In this document: positions 43,070-54,674 of the stretch, one piece after another
How positions within the stretch are numbered: position 1 is the first letter of the stretch
How the letters are laid out: each line of letters starts with the position of its first letter
DNA from: Octopus vulgaris
Lineage: Eukaryota
Direction: 5' to 3'
DNA length: 64,000 nucleotides
NCBI GenBank assembly: GCA_951406725.2
Contig: OX597820.1
Coordinates: 120,156,001-120,220,000, forward strand
The notes under the pieces: generated by a model
The model's database searches: none
Seen by the model: only the letters and a program-made list of their open reading frames with translations
Told to the model about the DNA's origin: nothing
Translations under genes and position numbers: made by a program

Positions 43070-43155
43070 AAATGTTCACTATAAAATTATTTTAGCATTT
43101 TCTATTTTTTACTTGTTTTTTATATATATCAACTCGTGTGTTCCTTTTCACCCTT

Positions 43156-43306
<151 letters not shown>

Positions 43307-43391
43307 GAAAATACATATATATATATCTATTGTATGTATATATATATATATATACATTAGGAAAAAATACATATATATATATCTATGTATG

Positions 43392-43439
<48 letters not shown>

Positions 43440-43481
43440 TATATACATACATAGATATATATATATGTATTTTTCCTAATG

Positions 43482-43513
<32 letters not shown>

Positions 43514-43516
43514 TAT

Positions 43517-43626
<110 letters not shown>

Positions 43627-43727
43627 GTTGTATATATATATATATATATATATATGTGTAGTATATATATATATATATATATGCATTAGGAAAAAATATA
43701 TATATATATATCTATGTATGTATATAT

Positions 43728-43785
<58 letters not shown>

Positions 43786-43799
43786 CATACATACATACA

Positions 43800-43830
<31 letters not shown>

Positions 43831-44223
43831 GCAAACATATCAATACTCATAACAAACGACACACCTGAACACATACAAATAATATTCATATCCACCTCAG
43901 CAACTTAAACGCATATTCATTGCTTCTCTGCTTACACACTCATAACCACTATACCCCCCCCCTATATCATATCTATACAATAAGCGAGAGGGAAGACCAA
44001 ATGGAAGTGACGGGTAACAATTCGGAGAAACAGTTTTTTTTCAAATAGATTATTTCCGTAAAAATCATTGATTTACCGACTCAACAGCCACAAATGCCTT
44101 CACAATGGCGCGCACACACACATGTACACATGTACCTATATGCATACACATATGCAATCTAAATATCGATCGGTCGATCTCTGTGTAGCTATCTACCTAT
44201 GTATGTATGCATGTATGTACGTA

Positions 44224-44290
<67 letters not shown>

Positions 44291-45574
44291 CTCTATCTAT
44301 CCATCGACCGATCGATCTATCTGTCTGCCTGTCTATTTATCTAACTATCTATATCTGTCTATCCTTCTGTCTGTCTATCTATCTATCTGTCTATCTATCT
44401 ATTTAACTATCTATCTGTACACACAGATATAAATACACACACACACACACACACACGCACACTCACATATATATATAAAATATACATTATATATATTTAT
44501 ATTTATATACATATATATTATGTACATGTATGTATATACACAAATGTATATACATACACTATATTTATACAATTATAAAATATATATGTGTGTAAAGAAG
44601 TATATTCATATATATATATATAAATATAAATATATGTATGTATGTGTTTACCTGTGACTGGTAATCTATCTTACTCTCTATATGTATACGCATGTACGCA
44701 TGCGTGCACGCACACGTACGCTCACACACAGTGATATCATTCAAGTGTGCATACGTACAAGTTTTGTATGAATGTTTGTCGGTGTATATGTGAGTGTATA
44801 TCACACTTACTGATGTATAAATGTGTCAGTCTATTGCTATACATGTGTTCATAATTCCTCTTATTTTCAGAGCAACGAGAAGGGGGAAATGAGTGACGTT
44901 GATAAGATTAATTTAGTAAGATAAATTTAAGCAAGATTCCTACAAATAGAAATTGATGCTATTAAAACTGACCTGCATATTCTCTCTTACTTCTCTGCTA
45001 TTTAGTCATGTATTCTGTTCATTTTTTTTTTCCTTCTTTTTAACGCATTGCTAGTTTATATATTTATAAAATCAAAGGTTTTGTTTGTGTTTTCTCTATG
45101 TATTTGCTTTTTCGGTACTGCCAACGTGTATTATATATCGTACGTTTTTCATTAATAAGCGCTTAGTGAAAGGAGATTTTAATAAGAAGAATCAATAGTT
45201 GATCTCAGAGCGTCTCTTTCATCTCAATAATATAACCTGTTTGGGATCAGATATTTCTTATTTAAGTTGCTCCTTACAAATAACTCTATCACCTCAAAGA
45301 GATTTTCTTTCAATGAAAGCAAACTTAATTATTCGACTGCGGTATTTTTAACGTCTGATTGACGTTCCCATCTCAGAATAAACTTCACAAGTTTAGAAAT
45401 TTTCCGAGTGCTAATTATAAATGTTCACCGCTGTCTGCATAACTGGTGAATAGCAGCTTTCTTCCATATATATGCGTTCGTGGATACAAAGGATATATCA
45501 ATATGTGTATAATACATCCATAACTGCATGCCTACATACATACGTGTATCTCTTTATCTTACTTACTCTCTCTC

Positions 45575-45612
<38 letters not shown>

Positions 45613-45677
45613 AATATATATATATATATCGGCCCCAAACAGGCTAAAATATATATATGTATATATTACATACACAA

Positions 45678-45754
<77 letters not shown>

Positions 45755-46129
45755 CATATATACATATATATTTAGATATATGTATTTATGGATATATACA
45801 CACATATATATGTATGTATGTATGCATGTATAGCATGAAATTTGCTATCGTATGCAATTGTTTCAGTAGCATTCCGTTCAGAAACACATTACAGCTAATT
45901 CAAGTGTTCAATTATACGGGAGTTCTATAAAATTGGGCGTCGATTAAATGGTAGGAAATAACATTTTGAACTCTTGCGAAACTGTGATTTCTTACATGTT
46001 ATTTTCCGCCGCTTATGGAAATTTCTTGCAAAACTAATGATGATACGTTTTCTGTTTCTTTGCGTATTGCACACCACCTCAACTGTTAAAAGAAGCTATC
46101 ATATTCCTTGTAAATATAGAAAGAGGCAG

Positions 46130-47650
46130 AGCTGAGGGTATGAATTACAGCCGTATCCTTCCGACTTTATATGGAGCGCATTATCAGAAAGTGACAGATC
46201 TCGTTCTTGGAAGAAAATAACTTGCTCACAAATACACAACGTGGTTTCCCCCCCCGTTACTACAACGTTATGGGTCGTTACTCAGACATCAACTCAAAGA
46301 TTCGAATGTCAAAGTAATTAATATCGAGTTTATCAACCCTTTTCAAATAATTGTGATATACTATGGAATAATATGTTCCAATCTACGTGACTTTGGTATC
46401 ACCGGAAAACTAGGAGTATGGCTGCATGACACTGCGAAGCACTGAATTCAGACACTTGAAGTCAATGTCGATTTCTGTGGGGAAGCATCAGTCTGCAGCG
46501 AGGTTCCTCAAGGAACTATATTGGGACCAGTACTCTTAGTAGCGACTTTCTCACACATGCCCTCAACTGAACAGTCACTCTCTCCTGCTATGCTGATGAT
46601 ACAAACGTATCGCTGGTGATCAAGGGTCCTAGCGACATACTAAAACTACATAATGACTTGCATGGAATACACAAATTAGCTAATGAAAATAATATGCAGA
46701 CCAATACTGAGACGTTCCAAGCACACCTCCATCGGCCCCAAACAGACTAAAATCGAAATTCACAGGAGCAGGGGTTGTTCAGTCCAGAGTTAGAGTCGGT
46801 GCGTGATCTGGGAATTTAGATGACAATGATACAACCTTCTATGTGCATATCACCAACATAAAAACATTGTGCATATGAGTCACTGGATTCATTCTTATAC
46901 AGAACCAGAAATAAGGATAGCTTGCTACTCATGTGGAGAACTTTCGTTGTCAGTCGTTTAGATTACTGCTCCCAACAGTGGTCGACATAGGACGTCAAAC
47001 CGGTGACTAAGTTTGAGGAAGGCGGGTAGCTGGCAGAAACGTTAGCACGCCGGATGAAATGCTTAGCGGTATTTCGTCTGTCGTTACGTTGTGAGTTCAA
47101 ATTCCGCCGAGGTTGACTTTGCCTTTCATCCTTTCGGGGTCGATAAATTAAGTACCAGGTCCGCACTGGGGTCGATAAATTAATTACCAGTTCCGCACTG
47201 GGGTCGATGTAATCGACTTAATACCTATGTCCGTCCTTGTTTGTCCTCTCTATGTTTAGCCCCTTGTGGGTAATAAAGAAATAGGTTACTAAGTTTGAGG
47301 AAATTCAGTGTCACTGCACAAGGAAGGTTGACTCGGTGAAACAGATGAGCGACAAGGAGAGGCTAAAAAAACTGAAGATCCACTACCTGGAAAGATCTAG
47401 CTCTTAACTTTGGAATTAAAAGTTATACCAATTGGATGGCATTGCATAATACCTAAGATCTTGTCTATTCCATTTCGAATAAAGACCCAGTGTAACAGCC
47501 TATGTTTGAGGGATCCACAATTACTTGAGAGTCTGGCAAACAACCTCAGAGATCTGTGAGGTGTAGACGTCGACGTCATCAAATAGCTTATATATATCAA
47601 TCTACCCCAGAATATATGAACACATTAAAGGTGTGGATACCTGAGGTTAG
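46130..47650 (+). mobile_element. Old, decayed CR1/L2-group LINE interrupted by a SINE
   Basis: VPQGTILGPVL, CYADDT, VRDLGI and SRLDYCSQQWS motifs with many lesions; same motif order as 58713-60610. Confidence 0.8.
47021..47287 (+). mobile_element. SINE family 3 (tail variant b)
   Basis: 15-bp TSD ACTAAGTTTGAGGAA at 47006-47020 and 47288-47302; internal duplication of about 35 bp. Confidence 0.92.
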
Positions 47651-47743
47651 AGGGAGTAACCCGACGGCTATATCAGTTCTATAAGGCATAAGAACGAACC
47701 CGAGTCAAATCGCCAATAATAAGCAAAAGCTGAAGGAGAAGAG

Positions 47744-47771
47744 TAATAATAATAATATTAATAATAATAAC

Positions 47772-47870
<99 letters not shown>

Positions 47871-47957
47871 AAGAAGAAGAAGAAAAAGAGGAAGGAAGAA
47901 GAAGAAGAAGAAGAAGAAGAAGAAGAAGAAGAAGAAGAAGAAGAAGAAGAAGAAGAA

Positions 47958-47989
<32 letters not shown>

Positions 47990-48000
47990 AAGAAAGAAAA
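47744..48000. repeat. (TAA)n-(GAA)n microsatellite
   Basis: Directly visible. Confidence 0.95.
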
Positions 48001-48296
48001 GTCGGTGTAGGTAGATTGCATCATTATTTATGAGACGATGGTAGCATTTTCATATTGAATTTATTTAACTTAAGTAATTAAATATATTCGAATATTGAGA
48101 TTAAATCCAATGAATAAATCAATGGACCAATTAATTAATAAATAATAAATCTATTAATTAAAATCACCTATGGAAATGTGCAGCTGATTCGTAAAATAAT
48201 TGTAATGAGTTTTCTAATGCAGCCTTTATTTAATGTTGTTGCAGAATCAAACAAAATTCTCGCGTTAAGTAATTTAACAATATTTTCGAAACCAAA

Positions 48297-48510
48297 GACG
48301 GCGAGTTGGCAAAAACGTTAACACAACGGGCGAAATGTTTAGCGGTATTTCTTCTGTCTTTACGTTCTGATTTCAAATTCCACCGAAGTCGAATATGCAT
48401 TTCATCATTTCGATGTCGATAAATTAAGTACCAGTTGCGTACTGGCGCCGATTTTATCCACTGGCCCCCACCCCAAGAATTTCGGGCACTCTGTCTAGAG
48501 TTGAATAGAA
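48297..48510 (+). mobile_element. SINE family 3 (tail a), diverged
   Basis: Homologous to 33269-33480; imperfect direct repeat AATATTTTC.AAA.CAA on both sides. Confidence 0.8.
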
Positions 48511-48780
48511 TATTTTCAAAATCAAGAAAGCAAAATCTGGCTGAGGAAGAAAGTAAGGATCAACAACAACCAAAAAAAATCATGTAAATAAAATACAAAA
48601 AAATATTACATAACTCTATAGTTTTAGTTTCATAATCTACGAATGATGAGAAAATTCAAGGATTAAAATTGATCGGTTTATAAATCTATATCTGAAATGG
48701 TGTAAGAAATTCCTGATGTGTCTTTCAGATTAGAATGAAGAGCCATCAACTAATTATAGTAAAAAGAGAAATGGTTAAAT

Positions 48781-49544
48781 ATTCTTCTCTAATCTAAGCA
48801 CGAGACCAGAATTTTTGGTGGAGGGAACCAGCGGATTAGATCGACCCAGTACGCAACTGGTAATTAATTTATCGGCTGCGAAAGGATGAAGGGCAAAGTC
48901 AACCTCGGCGGATTTTTGAGTTCAGAACACAAAGAGAGACGAAATACCTATATCTTTACTACCCACGATAGGCTAAACACAGAGAGGGAAAACAAGGACA
49001 GACAAACGGATTAAGTCGATTATATCGACCTCAGTGCGCAACTGGTACTTATTTAATCGACCCCGAAAGGATAAAAGGCAAAGTCGACCTCGGTGGAATT
49101 TGAGCTCAGAACGTAGCGGCAGACGAAATACCTATATCTTTACTACCCACAAGGGGCTAAAAACGGGACAAACAAAGGCAGACAAACGGATTAAGTCGAT
49201 TACATCGCCCCAGTGCGTAACTGGTACTTAATTTATTGATCCCGAAAGGATGAAAGGCAAAGTCCACCTCGGCGGAATTTGAACTCAGAACGTAGCGGCA
49301 GACGAAATACCTATTTCTTTATTACCCACACGGAGCTAAACATAGAGGGGACAAACAAGTACAGACATAGGTATTAAGTCGATTACATCGACCCCAGTGC
49401 GTAACTGGTACTTAATTTATCGACCCCGAAAGGGTGAAAGGCAAAGTCGACGTCGGCGGAATTTGAACTCACAACGTAACGGCAGACGATATACCGCTAA
49501 GCATTTACCCCGGCGTGCTAACGTTTCTGCCAGCTCGTCGCCTT
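48781..49544 (-). mobile_element. Head-to-tail tetramer of SINE family 3
   Basis: Four units of about 175-185 bp joined at ATAGGT/ATTTCGTC. One 13-bp TSD GAAATGGTTAAAT at 48768-48780 and 49545-49557. Confidence 0.88.
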
Positions 49545-50640
49545 GAAATGGTTAAATGTTGTGACATTATGAATACAGTGGTACAGGAAAGCAATGAGAG
49601 TGTAAATGAAAAAAAATGTTTCAATCATAGGGTAGTTAAAAGAGTGTGATATATAAAGATAACATTATGAATTTAGAAATGAACTGTGCGATTTAAATTT
49701 CAGAGTTCGGTATTGAGAAGTGTAATAATCACAATTAGTAGTGAAAATGTTTGTCTAATTAATCGTGGAAACGCTCAAAAATAAGCCACTGAGGAAATTA
49801 AAGGATTAAGCTTCAAATAGTAACGGAGTTTAAATTTAAATACAAAACGGAATAAATCTGTTTGTTTAGAATGCATTTAAAGTAAAGTTTTCTTGATTGT
49901 AATTGTTTTAAAAACACATAGCAAGTTGAAAATTATGAAAAAACAGGTATGACGAAAATTGTAAAAACTATAATACTGTAGACACGGAAAGTTCTAAAAA
50001 TTTTGAATCCACGAAATCGGAATATATGAAACGAAAGGAATTTTAATATTAATGGCTTAAAACAATGGAGATTTTTAATATTTAAATTTTTTATATTTAA
50101 TGTAAGCGATAATAATTGAAGTCGTATTACAGCGTACTAAGCACAAAATAATTGTTTCAAAATGTAAAATTTACAATAATAGAATTTCCAATGAAATTTT
50201 AACCAAACAAGAATTAATTAACATCCATTAATGATATGAAATATTAATTATTAGGTTAGAGATGTAGTGAAAAGGGTTGAAAAAGAAATGTTACTTGTAA
50301 ACTGTTTGGATTTTATAACTGTTAAGAGTAACTACAGCTGAAATTTGCTGAAATCAGCACGTGAGCATCCTTAATCGATCTATCTGTAAGTTAAAGTCCG
50401 ATCTCCGCCCTATTCCCTGTCTAGAAACACAAACGGTTTTTAGAACAAAGGCTAGAAAAGATAATTTGCAACGCAGCTCCACTTAGTATACGCGTTTGAT
50501 CATGAAATTTGAAACTGGTTAAGTGAACACACACACACACACGCATAGAAGATTGCGCTTAGGTATAGCCTGATGTAGAATTAAATATATGTAAAGTCCA
50601 GGCAACGATGTCACATGAATATAGAGCGACAATAAAAAAG

Positions 50641-51253
50641 AAAGGGATATCACAGCCACCAAAGAAACCGAATGTTACATAATGAACTCCATTAGCTGAC
50701 AACTGTTTCGGCTATGTTAATAGTATACTCTTCGTTGAGTACCAGGATAACAACCTATGTATTTCTTTACTACCCACAAGGGGCTAAACATAAAGGAGAC
50801 AAACAAGGACAGACAAACGGATTAAGCCGATTACATCGACCCCAGTGCGAAACTGGTACTTTATTTATCGGCCCCGGAAGGATGAAAGGCAAAGTCGACC
50901 TCGGCGGAATTTGAACTCAGAACGTAACGACAGACGAAATACCGCAAAGCATTTCGCCCGGCATGCTAACGTTTCTGACAGCTCGCCGCCTTTTTAAAGG
51001 ATAACAACCTATAGCTTAATCAGAGCCTTTGATATGAAGTCCACTTTACTTGAGAAAGATGCATTTTCAGAACATACACTTGTATGTTCTGAAAACGTAA
51101 CTTTCCTAAACCAAGTTCATGTCATATTCAAGGCTCTGATGAAGCTAGAGGATGTTACCCTGGCACTCAAATAACAATCCACCACATCTTATAGCAGAAA
51201 CAGACGTAAGGTAATGGATTTCATTACATAACATTTTTTCCGGTGTTATCTCT
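50641..51253. repeat. Degenerate fold-back element with a hammerhead-like motif in each arm
   Basis: Centre TTTTCAGAACATACA-CT-TGTATGTTCTGAAAA; arms TAGCTTAATCAGAGCCTT/AAGGCTCTGATGAAGCTA and AATGTTACATAATGAA/TTCATTACATAACATT. Confidence 0.7.
50759..50997 (-). mobile_element. SINE family 3 (tail b) inserted into the fold-back
   Basis: 15-bp TSD AGGATAACAACCTAT at 50744-50758 and 50998-51012. Confidence 0.92.
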
Positions 51254-51386
51254 TTGCTTTTCCTCTCTCGCCGCACATTCATAGTCTCTATCTCTTTCTC
51301 TCTTTCTCTCTCCGCAGATTAATAATCTCTATCTCTTTCTCTCTCCGCAGATTCATAATCTCTATCTCTTTCTCTGTCTCTTTATT

Positions 51387-51449
<63 letters not shown>

Positions 51450-51781
51450 ACAATCAAGGAACGGCCATAATAAGCCATTCACCCACTAGAAATAACAGCC
51501 AAAGCTTCAACCGCAAATATGTTAAACTTAAAAATGGTCTATGACTATTTAATTTTTTCCTACTAGGCCGCTGGTGGCAAAAGAATTCTACAAATTTTTT
51601 TTTGCCACCCTATATTGATTAATTATGAATTTTCTGGTTAATTCCGTAATGGAATCGACGGCTTATATTTATTTGCTGCCGATAAATTTGGCGCGAGTGC
51701 GACGATTTGATAATTTTAGGTCAGATATAAACTTGGCAAGGTCGGAAATGCCTCGTGAAAATATCTGTTCCGACTTGGGCT

Positions 51782-51888
51782 ATTTCTTACTGATGAATCT
51801 GAGGGCCTGTGGAAGATTGGCTTGATTTAATTTAATCAGGTTAGTTTACCATTAATCAGCAGATGAAACGGTATATCGTATAAGAAAT
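51782..51888 (+). ncRNA. Type I hammerhead ribozyme, unit 1
   Basis: Stem I ATTTCTTA/TAAGAAAT; core CTGATGA 51790-51796; stem II ATCTG..CAGAT; GAAA 51865-51868; stem III ACGG-TATA-TCGT; predicted GUA cleavage after 51880. Confidence 0.88.
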
Positions 51889-52273
51889 TACAGGGTAAAT
51901 GTTTTTTAAATTTTCTCCTGGTTTACAGAATTAACTTTTATTTGCGGTTGAAGCTTTGGCTGTTATTTCTAGTGGGTGAATGGCTTATTATGGCCGTTCC
52001 TTGATTGTTGATGTTAAACTTAAAAATGGTCTATGACTATTTAATTTTTTCCTACTAGGCCGCTGGTGGCAAAAGAATTCTACAAAATTTTTTTTGCCAC
52101 CCTATATTGATTAATTATGAATTTTCTGGTTAATTCCGTAATGGAATCGACGGCTTATATTTATTTGCTGCCGATAAATTTGGCGCGAGTGCGACGATTT
52201 GAAAATTTTAGGTCAGATATAAACTTGGCAAGGTCGGAAATGCCTCGTGAAAATATCTGTTCCGACTTGGGCT

Positions 52274-52380
52274 ATTTCTTACTGATGAATCTGAGGGCCT
52301 GTGGAAGATTGGCTTGATTTAATTTAATCAGGTTAGTTTACCATTAATCAGCAGATGAAACGGTATATCGTATAAGAAAT
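52274..52380 (+). ncRNA. Type I hammerhead ribozyme, unit 2
   Basis: Same sequence as unit 1; predicted cleavage after 52372. Confidence 0.88.
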
Positions 52381-52766
52381 TACAGGGTAAATGTTTTTTA
52401 AATTTTCTCCTGGTTTACAGAATTAACTTTTATTTGCGGTTGAAGCTTTGGCTGTTATTTCTAGTGGATGAATGGCTTATTATGGCCGTTCCTTGATTGT
52501 TGATGTTAAACTTAAAAATGGTCTATGACTATTTAATTTTTTCCTACTAGGCCGCTGGTGGCAAAAGAATTCTACAAAATTTTTTTTTGCCACCCTATAT
52601 TGATTAATTATGAATTTTCTGGTTAATTCCGTAATGGAATCGACGGCTTATATTTATTTGCTGCCGATAAATTTGGCGCGAGTGCGACGATTTGAAAATT
52701 TTAGGTCAGATATAAACTTGGCAAGGTCGGAAATGCCTCGTGAAAATATCTGTTCCGACTTGGGCT

Positions 52767-52873
52767 ATTTCTTACTGATGAATCTGAGGGCCTGTGGAAG
52801 ATTGGCTTGATTTAATTTAATCAGGTTAGTTTACCATTAATCAGCAGATGAAACGGTATATCGTATAAGAAAT
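52767..52873 (+). ncRNA. Type I hammerhead ribozyme, unit 3
   Basis: Same sequence as unit 1; predicted cleavage after 52865. Confidence 0.88.
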
Positions 52874-53258
52874 TACAGGGTAAATGTTTTTTAAGTTTTC
52901 TCCTGGTTTACAGAATTAACTTTTATTTGCGGTTGAAGCTTTGGCTGTTATTTCTAGTGGGTGAATGGCTTATTATGGCCGTTCCTTGATTGTTGATGTT
53001 AAACTTAAAAATGGTCTATGACTATTTAATTTTTTCCTACTAGGCCGCTGGTGGCAAAAGAATTCTACAAAATTTTTTTTGCCACCCTATATTGATTAAT
53101 TATGAATTTTCTGGTTAATTCCGTAATGGAATCGACGGCTTATATTTATTTGCTGCCGATAAATTTGGCGCGAGTGCGACGATTTGATAATTTTAGGTCA
53201 GATATAAACTTGGCAAGGTCGGAAATGCCTCGTGAAAATATCTGTTCCGACTTGGGCT

Positions 53259-53365
53259 ATTTCTTACTGATGAATCTGAGGGCCTGTGGAAGATTGGCTT
53301 GATTTAATTTAATCAGGTTAGTTTACCATTAATCAGCAGATGAAACGGTATATCGTATAAGAAAT
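53259..53365 (+). ncRNA. Type I hammerhead ribozyme, unit 4
   Basis: Same sequence as unit 1; predicted cleavage after 53357. Confidence 0.88.
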
Positions 53366-53751
53366 TACAGGGTAAATGTTTTTTAAATTTTCTCCTGGTT
53401 TACAGAATTAACTTTTATTTGCGGTTGAAGCTTTGGCTGTTATTTCTAGTGGGTGAATGGCTTATTATGGCCGTTCCTTGATTGTTGATGTTAAACTTAA
53501 AAATGGTCTATGACTATTTAATTTTTTTCCTACTAGGCCGCTGGTGGCAAAAGAATTCTACAAAATTTTTTTTGCCACCCTATATTGATTAATTATGAAT
53601 TTTCTGGTTAATTCCGTAATGGAATCGACGGCTTATATTTATTTGCTGCCGATAAATTTGGCGCGAGTGCGACGATTTGAAAATTTTAGGTCAGATATAA
53701 ACTTGGCAAGGTCGGAAATGCCTCGTGAAAATATCTGTTCCGACTTGGGCT

Positions 53752-53858
53752 ATTTCTTACTGATGAATCTGAGGGCCTGTGGAAGATTGGCTTGATTTAA
53801 TTTAATCAGGTTAGTTTACCATTAATCAGCAGATGAAACGGTATATCGTATAAGAAAT
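53752..53858 (+). ncRNA. Type I hammerhead ribozyme, unit 5
   Basis: Same sequence as unit 1; predicted cleavage after 53850. Confidence 0.88.
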
Positions 53859-54243
53859 TACAGGGTAAATGTTTTTTAAATTTTCTCCTGGTTTACAGAA
53901 TTAACTTTTATTTGCGGTTGAAGCTTTGGCTGTTATTTCTAGTGGGTGAATGGCTTATTATGGCCGTTCCTTGATTGTTGATGTTAAACTTAAAAATGGT
54001 CTATGACTATTTAATTTTTTCCTACTAGGCCGCTGGTGGCAAAAGAATTCTACAAAATTTTTTTTGCCACCCTATATTGATTAATTATGAATTTTCTGGT
54101 TAATTCCGTAATGGAATCGACGGCTTATATTTATTTGCTGCCGATAAATTTGGCGCGAGTGCGACGATTTGAAAATTTTAGGTCAGATATAAACTTGGCA
54201 AGGTCGGAAATGCCTCGTGAAAATATCTGTTCCGACTTGGGCT

Positions 54244-54350
54244 ATTTCTTACTGATGAATCTGAGGGCCTGTGGAAGATTGGCTTGATTTAATTTAATCA
54301 GGTTAGTTTACCATTAATCAGCAGATGAAACGGTATATCGTATAAGAAAT
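54244..54350 (+). ncRNA. Type I hammerhead ribozyme, unit 6
   Basis: Same sequence as unit 1; predicted cleavage after 54342. Confidence 0.88.
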
Positions 54351-54575
54351 TACAGGGTAAATGTTTTTTTAAATTTTCTCCTGGTTTACAGAATTAACTT
54401 TTATTTGCGGTTGAAGCTTTGGCTGTTATTTCTAGTGGGTGAATGGCTTATTATGGCCGTTCCTTGATTGTTGATGTTAAACTTAAAAATGGTCTATGAC
54501 TATTTAATTTTTTTCCTTCTAGGCCGCTGGTGGCAAAAGAATTCTACAAAATTTTTTTTTGCCACCCTATATTGA

Positions 54576-54611
<36 letters not shown>

Positions 54612-54674
54612 GAACACACACACACACACACATATATATATATGTATAGATACATCAATACATATATATAAATA

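Larger units (their letters stand above)
41855..43095 (+). mobile_element. 5'-truncated Penelope-like element: GIY-YIG endonuclease remnant (41855-42175) plus 3' terminal region
   Basis: QRFTVKSNFTCASENLIYSLTCSGCQEQYIGQTKNGLRKRMALHRSQI, frameshift, FSQHIDTC..FRIFPLY..KENLFITKYKPLLN. Starts directly after (TA)n; hammerhead near the 3' end. Confidence 0.85.
51446..54583 (+). mobile_element. Tandem array of 492-493 bp hammerhead-containing units (six full + one partial), candidate non-LTR retrozyme
   Basis: Unit starts at 51519, 52011, 52503, 52996, 53488, 53981 and 54474; units almost identical. (TA)n on both flanks; 51446-51519 is the reverse complement of 51939-52012. Confidence 0.85.

Noticed and set aside
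51625-54287. Repeated 66-aa ORF MNFLVNSV.. in each array unit, and possible rolling-circle translation of a 492-nt circle
   Set aside because: No recognisable domain. Conservation simply follows unit identity, the ORF overlaps the ribozyme and ends in a stop, and unit length alternates between 492 and 493.
51446-54583. CRISPR array or simple centromeric satellite
   Set aside because: No short repeat/unique spacer structure. The hammerhead, 5' inversion and TA flanks explain it better.
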